A stretch of DNA of 20,932 nucleotides from Octopus sinensis. Taxonomy: Eukaryota. The stretch is from contig NW_021823867.1 of assembly GCF_006345805.1 (NCBI RefSeq), positions 1-20,932 on the forward strand, written 5' to 3'. The notes under the pieces were generated by a model. It worked only from the letters and a program-made list of their open reading frames with translations, did no database searches and was not told the origin of the DNA. The translations under genes and the position numbers were made by a program. Shown one piece after another: positions 1 to 9,479 of the stretch. Every line of letters starts with the position of its first letter. The first letter of the stretch is position 1.

Positions 1-190
1 TGTTGTACCTGTATTTCAAAGGGCCGGCCTTGTCACTCTGTGTCACGCTGAATATCCCGAGAACTACGTTAAGGGTACACGGGTCTGTGGAGTGCTCAGC
101 CACTTACACGTTAATTTCACGAGCAGGCTGTTCCGTTGATTCGGATCAACCGGAACCCTCGTCGTCGTAACCGACGGAGTGCTTCCATCC
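1..190 (+). mobile_element. SINE family C, 3' body fragment (cut by window start)
   Basis: Matches 7665-7817 (+) and 13441-13775 (-), e.g. TGTGGAGTGCTCAGCCACTTACACGTTAATTTCACGAGCAGGCTGTTCCGTTGAT...CGTCGTCGTAACCGACGG. Confidence 0.8.
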
Positions 191-416
191 ACACGAACTG
201 TTAATTATCGAAGAGGCTGAAAAATTATTGGAATTGAGACACGCATTCTCGACCAGCAAATAAGTGCCGTCCTCTGATGTACGAAAACCTTAAGAAAGGT
301 TCTCAGGAGACCTGTTGTCAGCCTAAGAAAGATTTTGGGGGAGACTTGTTACCAACTTCGAGGTAACAGTAGTCTGCGATAGTGAATAGTAATTACAGTA
401 GCGGTTCCAAATTTTG

Positions 417-540
417 GCACAAGGCCAGCAATTTTCGGGGGAGGGAGTACGTTGATTGTATCGACTCCATTACTCAACTGGTACTTATTTTATGAAAAGT
501 AAAGTAAACCTCGGAGTAATTTGAACTCTGGACCTAAACG
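417..540 (-). mobile_element. SINE family A, degenerate fragment
   Basis: GGCACAAGG...CAACTGGTACTTATTTT...TTTGAACTC matches the other family A copies (636-848, 12841-13016, 20834-20932). Confidence 0.65.
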
Positions 541-635
541 ACCCGTAAGAAATGCCGGATATTTATTCTTTTTTTCTGACGTGCAAGCGATTCTACTGTT
601 TTATTGTCTTACATCAATTATGATAATAACGGGTT

Positions 636-848
636 CAAATTTCTCCACAAGGGCAGCTTTTTTGGGGGAGGGGGACAAGTCGATTACATCGACTCCAGTG
701 TTCAACTGGTACTTATTTTTATAGATCCCGAAAGTATGAAAGGAAAAAAACGACCGCGGCGGAGTTTGAACTTAGAACGTAGCGGTTGACGAAATCCCTG
801 CTAAATACTTTGCCCGGCGAGCCAACGATTCTACCAGCTCGCCGCCTT
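636..848 (-). mobile_element. SINE family A (tRNA-like head), near full length
   Basis: The minus strand starts GGCGGCGAGCTGGTAGAATCGTTGG, has a B-box-like AAGTTCAAACTCC and ends CCCTTGTGG. Homologous to 20834-20932. Confidence 0.8.
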
Positions 849-994
849 AACCAATTATAATAATAATGTTTTACAACAGCGATACATAGTTTGGAGGAGA
901 GTATAATTGTATTAATCAACATCTATGTACATATTTTTCATTTCTTTATCAATCCCCTCCCTTGGTTAAGATAAAAGACGAAGCAGGGAGCCAC

Positions 995-1081
<87 letters not shown>

Positions 1082-1115
1082 TATATGATATGATATATAT
1101 ATATATATATATTCA
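995..1115. repeat. (AT)n/(GATA)n microsatellite
   Basis: Direct inspection. Confidence 0.95.
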
Positions 1116-1289
1116 CACATACATAAGGTAGATATACATCTATATATTTACACACACTATACACACATACATGCTTATTTAAAAAAGTTGACTTTGGCTT
1201 TGAAGTTTTGCCGAGCACGCTTCATCACCAGACCGTGTGTGCGTGTGTCTGGGTATGTGCGTCTGTTTACACGCATATATACATGCATC

Positions 1290-1297
1290 ATACACAC

Positions 1298-1345
<48 letters not shown>
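1290..1345. repeat. (AC)n microsatellite
   Basis: Direct inspection. Confidence 0.95.
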
Positions 1346-1350
<5 letters not shown>

Positions 1351-1903
1351 CCAACCAGGCACAGCCCCCTGCAACTAGCAAGCAAGGTCCCGTTACCGAT
1401 GATTAATGCCAAAAGGTAAACAGTATATTTTTCAAGGGTTTCGGTGGAAGGCCTTTAATTTAATTAACATAACAGAATCTCATTTTCGTTTAAAAGACCA
1501 GCTATATAGAATATCACTATTACATACCATAAAAACACACACAGTCACACCACACACACACACACATTTGCATGTATGTATACATTACTTCCATATATCC
1601 ATAATACTTATAAAAATCTATATGCAAAAAATGTTAATGTGCATATTTGTAACAACGTGGTGAAATTTAGAGTGCATGTATGCTTGCGTGTTGTGTGTGT
1701 GTGTGTGTGTGTATGTCTATGTATTTGTATGTATGTGTACGTGTGTGTACATGTGTGTACGCGTGTGTGTGTATGTGTGGTTTTTGTTATTGTAATCATA
1801 ACAAACTATTATTATTATTATTATTATTAATTATTATTATTAGATGGAATATTCGTTAGTGCATCGAACAAAATGCTTAGCGGCATTTTTTTTTTTCCTG
1901 TCT

Positions 1904-2151
1904 CTCTTTACTCTTTTACTCTTTTACTCGTTTCAGTCATTTGACTGCGGCCATGCTGGAGCACCGCCTTTAATCGAGCAACTCGACCCCGGGACTTATT
2001 CTTTTTTTGTAAGCCCAGTACTTATTCTATCGGCCTCTTTTGCCGAACCGCTAAGTGACGGAGACATAAACACACCAACATCGGTTGTCAAGCAATGCTA
2101 GGGGACAAAACACAGACACACAAACACACACACGCCATATATATATATTAT

Positions 2152-2183
<32 letters not shown>

Positions 2184-2355
2184 CATATATACGACGAGCT
2201 TCTTTCAGTTTCCGTCTACCAAATCCACTCACTAGGCTTTGGTCGGCCCGAGGCTATAGTAGAAGACACTTGCCCAAGGTGCCACGCAGTGGGACTAAAC
2301 CCGGAACCATGTGGTTGGTAAGCAAGCTACTTACCACACAGCCACTCCTGCTCCT
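1904..2355 (-). mobile_element. SINE family B (tRNA-like head, internal AT/GT microsatellite), full length
   Basis: Reverse complement of 9919-10320 and 17155-17557. A-box-like TGGCTGTGTGG, B-box-like GGTTTAGTCCC, (AAAAGAGT)n tail. Confidence 0.9.
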
Positions 2356-2370
2356 ATGTCTCTTGACTTT

Positions 2371-2532
2371 CTGAGTTCAAATTTCGCCGAGGCTGACTTC
2401 ACCAGTCATCGAAACGACGAAAGGCGAAGTTGACCTGAAGTGGGGTCGATAGAATAAGTACCAGTTGATGTAATTAGCATACCCACTCCTACGAAGTTGC
2501 TGGCCTTGTGCCAAAATTTGAAATCATTATTA
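2371..2532 (+). mobile_element. SINE family A, degenerate 3' fragment
   Basis: CTGAGTTCAAATTTCGCCGAGG...GGGGTCGATAGAATAAGTACCAGTTG...GGCCTTGTGCCAAAATTTGAAATC followed by ATTATTATT. Confidence 0.7.
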
Positions 2533-2534
2533 TT

Positions 2535-2710
2535 AGCTGGCAGATATGATGCTCCGCAGCAATTTGTCCTGAGTTCAAACCTCGCCGAGGGCAGCTTTGC
2601 CTTTCATCATCTCGGGGTCGATAAATTAAGTACCAGTTGAACACTGGGGTCGATACAATCGACTCATCCCCTCCCCCAAAATTGCTGCCCTTGTGGAAAA
2701 ATTTGAAGCC
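2535..2710 (+). mobile_element. SINE family A copy with (TTA)n tail
   Basis: AGCTGGCAGA...CTGAGTTCAAACCTCGCCGAGG...GGGGTCGATAAATTAAGTACCAGTTG...CCCTTGTGG, followed by (TTA)n at 2711-2754. Confidence 0.8.
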
Positions 2711-2714
2711 ATTA

Positions 2715-2754
<40 letters not shown>

Positions 2755-2755
<1 letters not shown>

Positions 2756-3090
2756 TGGAGTGAGAGAGCAGTGCATGCCATCAAAGTGACACTGGGGTAA
2801 AATATACGAAGCCCAATATACCCATCATGACTACCCGTCTGATAAAGGTACACCAGGCACATGCATCACAACCATATGTGCGCGACATGGTGATCTCATC
2901 TCAGATAAACAGCACATGACCTTGCAGGTGGGGCCCAGTTAGAATTTTCTTCAGGTTGAGTAGCCCATCCTGCTCAAACGGTCCCTGAATAAGGGTTGCT
3001 TTAGGATGTTGAACGAAACACCTATGTTTCCAGAGGTGAACCATTCAAACTCCAAAGAATCCCTCTCAACACATGGCCATGATGCTCCCC

Positions 3091-3091
<1 letters not shown>
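2755..3091 (-). mobile_element. ~570-bp (TAA)n-flanked non-coding element, truncated copy 1
   Basis: Near-identical to the first ~335 bp of 3313-3879; (TTA)n on both sides. Strand is inferred from the shared end and the variable truncation. Confidence 0.75.
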
Positions 3092-3130
<39 letters not shown>

Positions 3131-3294
3131 TCAATGCTTAACCGTATTTCGTCTGTCTTTGTGTTCTGAATTCCGATGCTGCCTGGGTCGGCTTTGCCTT
3201 TCATTCTTTCAGGGTCGATAAATTAAGTACCAGTGAAACACTGGGGTTGATGTAATCGACTAGCCCCCTCCTCCAAAATTTCAGCCCTTGTGCC
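3131..3294 (+). mobile_element. SINE family A fragment with (TTA)n tail
   Basis: CCGTATTTCGTCTG...GGGTCGATAAATTAAGTACCAG...CCCTTGTGCC followed by TTATTA. Confidence 0.75.
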
Positions 3295-3312
3295 TTATTA
3301 TTATTATTATTA

Positions 3313-3879
3313 TTGAGTGAGAGAGCAGTTCATGCCATCAAAGTGACACTGGGAGTAAAATATACGAAGCCCAATATACCCATCATGACTACCCGTCTGA
3401 TAAGGGTACACCAGGCACATGCATCACAACCATATGTGCGCGACATGGTGATCTCATATCAAGATAAACAGCACATGACCTTGCAGGTGGGGCCCAGTTA
3501 GAATTTTCTTCAGGTTGAGTAGCCCATCCCGCTCAAAAGGTCCCTGAATAAGGGTTGTTTAAGGATGTTGAACGAAACACCCAGTTTCTAAGGTGAATTA
3601 TTCAAACACCAAAGAATCCTCTCTCAACACATGGCTATGATGCTCCCCCACTACTTCTGCTCGCGATCAGAGATGCACATTCGTCAGCCACTAAGGGACA
3701 TGCTCAAGGTTAAGGTCAAACAACTGACAAGCAAATCTGTGGTATTGAGCAGAATATTTGCTGTAGCCCATCTTTTATACTAGACAAAACAATGTACATG
3801 ATAAACATTTCCAATCAGTTAAGATCAAAAGCCATGAGAGCCACTCCTGGCCACTGCCTGGTACTGCATCAGGGCATTT
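3313..3879 (-). mobile_element. ~570-bp (TAA)n-flanked non-coding element, longest copy 2
   Basis: TTGAGTGAGAGAGCAG...CAGGGCATTT, flanked by (TTA)n on both sides. Shares its left end with 2755-3091 and 4520-4727. No recognisable ORF. Confidence 0.75.
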
Positions 3880-3978
3880 ATTATTATTATTTATTATTAT
3901 TATTATTATTATATTATTATTATTATTATTATATTATTATTATTATTTATTATTATTATTATTATTACTATTATTATT
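3880..3978. repeat. (TTA)n microsatellite, imperfect
   Basis: Direct inspection. Confidence 0.95.
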
Positions 3979-3994
3979 GTCAGCTTCTACTATT

Positions 3995-4487
3995 ATTTTG
4001 CACAGCTTCTAACGCTGGAGATGTACTGCAGTGTCAGCTGTTCACTACCAGCAAACTAAGGTAACACTTATATTTCGCGCACCTTCTGGAGTATTCGGGC
4101 GGTTTCAAGCAGTGCTGTTTTCTGCAAGTGCTCCCCACTTATTGCAGCCCCTATTTGTTGTATGTACCTCTCGAGATTGTGGCTCACTGTTTCCAGAGCT
4201 CCGACAATTATTGGTACTACTGCTACCTTTTTCATCGACCACAACTGCTTAACTTCCCAAGCTAACCTGTCATATCTCTCGACTTGTTGTCAGCTGGGCA
4301 TGCTATATCTATGATCCAGCATAATTTGTTTTCTTTCTCAATTAAGACTATGTCTGGCGTCCTATTCTCTATCTCATGGTCACGCTGAATCATAAAATCC
4401 CATAGGATCTTTGCATTTTTTTCCGACGATGCCTTCGGGTTTGTGGGCGTACCAATATTTTGCTCTGTCAAGTCCGTACTTGTTGCA
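3995..4487 (-). mobile_element. 5'-truncated R4/Dong-clade non-LTR retrotransposon: C-terminal restriction-like endonuclease domain plus short 3' UTR, frameshifted
   Basis: Minus-strand translation over two frameshifts gives CNKYGLDRAKYWYAHKPEGIV / NAKILWDFMIQRDHEIENRTPDIVLIEKENKLCWIIDIACPADNK / VERYDRLAWEVKQLWSMKKVAVVPIIVGALETVSHNLERYIQQIGAAISGEHLQKTALLETARILQKVREI*, with the stop at 4068-4070. ILWDF..PD..D and QKTALL.TARIL are typical R4/Dong C-terminal motifs. (TAA)n lies on both sides. Confidence 0.85.
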
Positions 4488-4519
4488 TTATTATTATTAT
4501 TATTATATTATTATTATTA

Positions 4520-4727
4520 TGAAGGAGCAGTTCATGCCATCAAAGTATCACTGGGGTAAATATATGAAACCCAATATACCCATCATGACTACCCGTCTGA
4601 TAACGGTACACCAGGCACATGCATCACAACCATATTTGCGCGACATAGTGATCTCATATCAAGATATGACCTTGCAGGTGGGGCCCAGTTAGAATTTTCT
4701 TCAGCTCGGGTAGCCATCCTGCTCAAA
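4520..4727 (-). mobile_element. ~570-bp element, truncated copy 3
   Basis: GAGCAGTTCATGCCATCAAAGT...CCTGCTCAAA matches copies 1 and 2; preceded by (TTA)n at 4488-4519. Confidence 0.75.
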
Positions 4728-4812
4728 TGATCGATTCCACACCTACTACAACTTCTCTCAAATACCTCTACATCACTGATCGCCATTCTCCAATTTACCC
4801 CCAAGAATTATA

Positions 4813-4940
4813 TAGCGGTTCGGCACAAGAGACCGAGAGAAAAATACTTGGCTTACAAAGAATAAATCCAGTGTCGATTTCTTTGACAAAAAAGCAGTGC
4901 TCCAGTATGGCCATAGCCAAAATGAACGAAACAATAAAAC
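4813..4940 (+). mobile_element. SINE family B, degenerate 3' half
   Basis: TAGCGGTTCGGCACAAGAGACCGA...GGCTTACAAAGAATAA...GTGCTCCAGTATGGCC matches 10180-10300. Confidence 0.7.
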
Positions 4941-5172
4941 AATATAAAATACACCTATATGAATTTGTGTATGTATGTGTGTGTGTATGTATATATGCAT
5001 TGTGTGTGTGTGTGTGTGAACGTGCGTGCGTACATGATGTAATTTAAAAAGATTTATTCAAATAACCATTGTACAGGTTTTCGTTCACATCTTGCTAGTG
5101 ACGGCTAATTGTGTTTTAAAGCGTTTTCATACATCTCATCGAAATTTATACTAAGTATATATGAAGCGCGCG

Positions 5173-5209
<37 letters not shown>

Positions 5210-5369
5210 TTTGTGCGTGTGTGTGTGTTCATCTTCGCATGCAAGGTGTGTAACTATTCGTTGGTGAAACACCAAAGGTAAAATCTAAAGGATGCAATGC
5301 TATACAGCTGACAAGATGTCGCACAAATCCGCCATAAACCACGACCGTGTATTTTTGATTAGTGTAATA

Positions 5370-5520
5370 TTTCCTTCATTTCTTTCTTTCTTTTTTTTCC
5401 TTCTTTCTTTCTGTCTTTCTTTCTTCCTTTCTTTCTTTTCTTCTTTCTTTCTTTCTTCTTTCTTCTTTCTTCTTTCTTTCTTTATTTATTTATTTATTTC
5501 TCACTTTTTTTTTCTGTTTC
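5370..5520. repeat. (TTTC/TTC)n polypyrimidine tract
   Basis: Direct inspection. Confidence 0.9.
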
Positions 5521-5573
5521 TTTGATACCTGCATTACAATTTGTAGAATTACGTTATTATTCAACATAGATTG

Positions 5574-5627
<54 letters not shown>

Positions 5628-5669
5628 TGCATATATACACACACACACACACACACATGTCATATATGT

Positions 5670-5714
<45 letters not shown>

Positions 5715-5783
5715 TATAGATAATATATATATACACATATATATATATATTATATATACACACACACACATATATATATATAG

Positions 5784-5823
<40 letters not shown>

Positions 5824-5880
5824 TAGATATATATATATATATATATATATATCACACATATATGTATATATGCATAAATG
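5574..5880. repeat. (AT)n/(AC)n compound microsatellite
   Basis: Direct inspection. Confidence 0.95.
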
Positions 5881-6105
5881 ATATATGCGTTGGGTGGATG
5901 GAATGGCGGGAGAATTATAAATAAACACAGTCATTTATCATTTGATCGTAATCGCGATTATTAAACTTACTTGATATTCGACACTATCTTACGGGCAATA
6001 TATAACATTAAACTATGCAGCTGTCTTTATCACGTTGGGCTAGTTAAACTTCTTTTTATTTTCCTTATATTTCTAAGGTTCCTATGCATGTTCGCAAGGA
6101 TTTAT

Positions 6106-6140
6106 TACACACACACACACATACACACACACACACACAC

Positions 6141-6180
<40 letters not shown>

Positions 6181-6200
6181 AGACATATACACACACACAC
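6106..6200. repeat. (AC)n microsatellite
   Basis: Direct inspection. Confidence 0.95.
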
Positions 6201-6540
6201 ATCTATGTATGTATGTATGCACACACATATTTATGTAATCTGTGTATTAATATTTATTATTGTAAATATTTTTGCATGGTAGTGTGTTTCAAAGATGGCT
6301 TCCTCGTCTGTATTTTTCTCTCTCTCTCTCCCTCTCTTCTGTATCCTCCCACTCCACCCGCGCGGTCTTCCTCCCTCCTCTTCCATAACCTCGCATTCTG
6401 TTAAGTGTTTTCGTTGTTTTTCTTCTCATCATTTTCTTTGAACAATAGCAGAAGGCTCAGAGTTATGAAGAATGGTTGGAGGCAGGTTGAGTTATTGGGA
6501 TCAGTAAACCATATGTCAACTAGATAAAGTGTCGGATACA

Positions 6541-6607
<67 letters not shown>

Positions 6608-6817
6608 CATACATAGATATATATATGTAAGTATAAGCGCGCGTGTGTGTGTGTAAGCACACATGCACGGACACACACACCACACACACACCGCGCGCGC
6701 ATATTCATACACGACGGTTACCAAACACAGCAGTGTGATATGTATGCAAGTATGAATTTGTATGTCAAGGACTTTGTAGGTCATATAACTCATCTTTATG
6801 GCACTTACGACATCTGT

Positions 6818-6866
6818 ATGTATATATATATATATATATTATATATATATATTATAATATATATAT

Positions 6867-6904
<38 letters not shown>

Positions 6905-6909
6905 ATATA

Positions 6910-6963
<54 letters not shown>

Positions 6964-7085
6964 ATATTATATATATGCATATACACACTCATGCATGTAC
7001 TTAGATGCAATATATATACATATATACATACGCACACATATATATTATTTATATGAATGTGTGTGTGTGTGTGTGTGTGTGTGTT
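6818..7085. repeat. (AT)n then (GT)n microsatellites
   Basis: Direct inspection. Confidence 0.95.
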
Positions 7086-7664
7086 TGTGTTTGCTTTGCA
7101 TGAAAAAGATAGAAATAGGAAGATGATGTTCGGACGAGTAAGTAAAATGGGATTTGAAATTTGATGTATATTAAAGAAAAAAAAAGTGAAATTTTTTGAA
7201 AATCGTAACCAGCAATGATTGGATAAAATGAAACCAAAAAAAATGTGTCATTGGCTGAAAATATAACTGCTATTTGGGAAGTAAGAAGTGGTTGAGGATG
7301 GCGTCTGCTATAGAATTTTGTTGGACGTTCTCACAAGACTGCGAATCTATTATATTTGTTACTCAAATAAAGTAGAACTATCACTCCAATAAGAACGGCC
7401 ATGCTCCATTACTCATAGAATCGAGAAAAAGCTCGGCCTTTCTTGATAAGCTATACCGATTAGACATATCATCAGAAGTGCTGCATCTATAAGTATTTCG
7501 TCTTGGTTTAAAACCGATTGTCTACGTCAAAGGATTTATCACTTAAACAATTAGAACAGTAAATATGAAAAACACTCTTCTGATGTTGGAAGGAGGCCTT
7601 TATCGGGATGATGGATTCCTGAATCACCGACACACGCGCGCGCGCGCGTCTCAAACACACAAAC

Positions 7665-7817
7665 ACATTCTGTGTCTCGCTGAATCTCCCTGAGAACTGC
7701 GTTGAGGGTACGCGTGTCTGTGGAGTGCTCAAGCACTTGCTCGTTAATTTCCCGAGCAGGCTGTTCCGTTGATCGGAGCAACTGGAACCCGCGTCGTCGT
7801 AAACGACGGCGTGCCAG
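7665..7817 (+). mobile_element. SINE family C, 3' fragment
   Basis: Matches 30-190 and the reverse complement of 13441-13600. Confidence 0.8.
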
Positions 7818-7819
7818 TT

Positions 7820-8143
7820 AATGTGTGTGTGGTGTGTGTGTGTGTGTGGATGTGTGCGTGTGTGATGTATGTATGTATGTATGTGCGCGTGTATTTATGT
7901 GTATGTTTGTGTATGTATCTGTGTATGTATTTGTGTGTATGTATATGTGCATATGTATGTGTGTGTATGTATTTATGTGTATGTGTGTATGTATGCATGT
8001 ATGTATGTGTGCATATGCATGTATGTATGTGTATGTATATATGAATCTATGTATCTGTGTATTGCGTATGCATGCACGCACGCATGTATGTACGTATGCA
8101 TGCATGTATGTACGTACGTATGTATGTATGGGTGTATGTATGT
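7820..8143. repeat. (GT)n/(TATG)n degenerate array
   Basis: Direct inspection. Confidence 0.9.
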
Positions 8144-8263
8144 CATTATTCAGTTTTATTTTATATTCATTGATAAATTTCTCAGGCAGAGTTACTACAA
8201 ACATCAACACCAACAACATCAACACAACCAGAGAACAAAATGAAAACAACAGCTAAAACAAAA

Positions 8264-8916
8264 CGTACGTACATACATACATACATACATACATACATGC
8301 ATGCATGCATACATACATACATGCATGCATACATACATGCATACATACATACATACATACATGCATGCATGCATACATACATACATACATACATACATAC
8401 ATGCATGCATGCATACATACATACATGCATGCATACACATGCATACATACATGCATACATACATACATAATACATACATGCATGCATGCATACATACATG
8501 CATACATACATACATCCATACATACATACATACATACATGCATGCATGCATACATACATGCATGCATACATGCATGCATGCATGCATGCATACATACATA
8601 CATACATACATACATACATACATGCATGCATGCATACATACATACATACATACATGCATGCATGCATACATACATGCATACATACATACATAATACATAC
8701 ATGCATGCATGCATACATACATACATACATACGTACATGCATGCATACATACATGCATACATACATACATGCATGCATACATACATGCATGCATACATGC
8801 ATACATACATACATACATACATGCATACATGCATGCATACATGCATGCATGCATGCATGCATACATACATACATACATACATACATACATACATACATGC
8901 ATGCATGCATACATAC
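8264..8916. repeat. (CATA/CATG)n tetranucleotide array, ~650 bp
   Basis: Direct inspection; it is the source of the many MHAYIHT/MYVC pseudo-ORFs. Confidence 0.97.
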
Positions 8917-9041
8917 CAACAAAAATACCCTGTTCTTGATGTTAAAATTCCAATGTAGGAGCTTGGAACTAGGTTAGAAACCGGCTCTTTCACTATTGGC
9001 AAGAAATCTTAAAATAAAACTGAATAATGACATACATACAC
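8917..9041 (+). mobile_element. Putative retroelement 3' end with AATAAA and a CATA tail
   Basis: Ends TAAAATAAAACTGAATAATGACATACATACAC, identical over 32 nt to the reverse complement of 8132-8163. Confidence 0.45.
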
Positions 9042-9278
9042 GCAGTGTCAGTGGAAGACCCTGCCTCAGTAAAGCTGGACTCAAGAGTCATCTTCGTAGT
9101 CATAAAGCAAGACAGATGAGTGACAACCTGGCCACTGGTGGTGGTGTAACACACCATACTAATCATATCTATCGGGCATGTGGAAGAGAGTGTAATTCAG
9201 CAGGAGGACTTAAACGACATGCAAAGGTACATGGAGCCCAGTTACAACTACAGCCGACTGTTATCAGTAAAGGTAATA
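9041..9278 (+). pseudogene. Decayed tandem C2H2-type zinc-finger coding relic, probably the C-terminus of a non-LTR (RTE-like) ORF
   Basis: RSVSGRPCLSKAGLKSHLRSH (9041-9103) and YRACGRECNSAGGLKRHAKVH (9170-9232). Each lost Cys is one substitution from TGY. There is no TGEKP linker. The clade assignment is inference. Confidence 0.6.
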
Positions 9279-9399
9279 TATATATATATATATATATATA
9301 TCAGAAATCAGAAATTTCTGATTTTAGTGATCAATGAATAAACTTCACTGAAAATATATATATATATATATATAATTATGAAGTCTAGACAGATATTTT

Positions 9400-9479
9400 C
9401 AGCTAGCAGGCCTTGCTACTCTAGACTGATGATGGGCAAGACCCAGAAACATGCATGTCTCTAGATGCAGGCCTAGCTG
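9400..9479 (+). ncRNA. Type I hammerhead ribozyme with palindromic stem III
   Basis: Stem I TCTAGA 9420-9425 / TCTAGA 9460-9465, extended with bulges to CAGCTAG 9400-9406 / CTAGCTG 9473-9479. Core CTGATGA 9426-9432; stem II TGGG-CAAGA-CCCA; GAAA 9446-9449; stem III palindrome CATGCATG 9450-9457; GTC cleavage triplet 9457-9459. Confidence 0.85.

Noticed and set aside
3620-3710. CTGACGA (minus) within the 570-bp element as a hammerhead or HDV-like ribozyme
   Set aside because: I could not build a consistent core (GAAG instead of GAAA, stems I and III unpaired), and a trial HDV-like fold lacked the catalytic C in J4/2. It needs a computational search.
6449-6485. Possible micro-exon QKAQSYEEWLEA after TTCTTTGAACAATAG
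   Set aside because: The donor (GTTGAG) is weak, the peptide is too short to identify, and there are no supporting neighbouring exons.
7420-7485. CTGATGA...GAAA on the minus strand (hammerhead-like)
   Set aside because: No convincing stem II, and no NUH followed by a stem I partner.
9041-9337. Member of a host C2H2 zinc-finger gene family
   Set aside because: Zinc-ligand cysteines are mutated, there is no TGEKP-type linker or credible splice or start context, and it is embedded among retroelement ends. Treated as a mobile-element relic.
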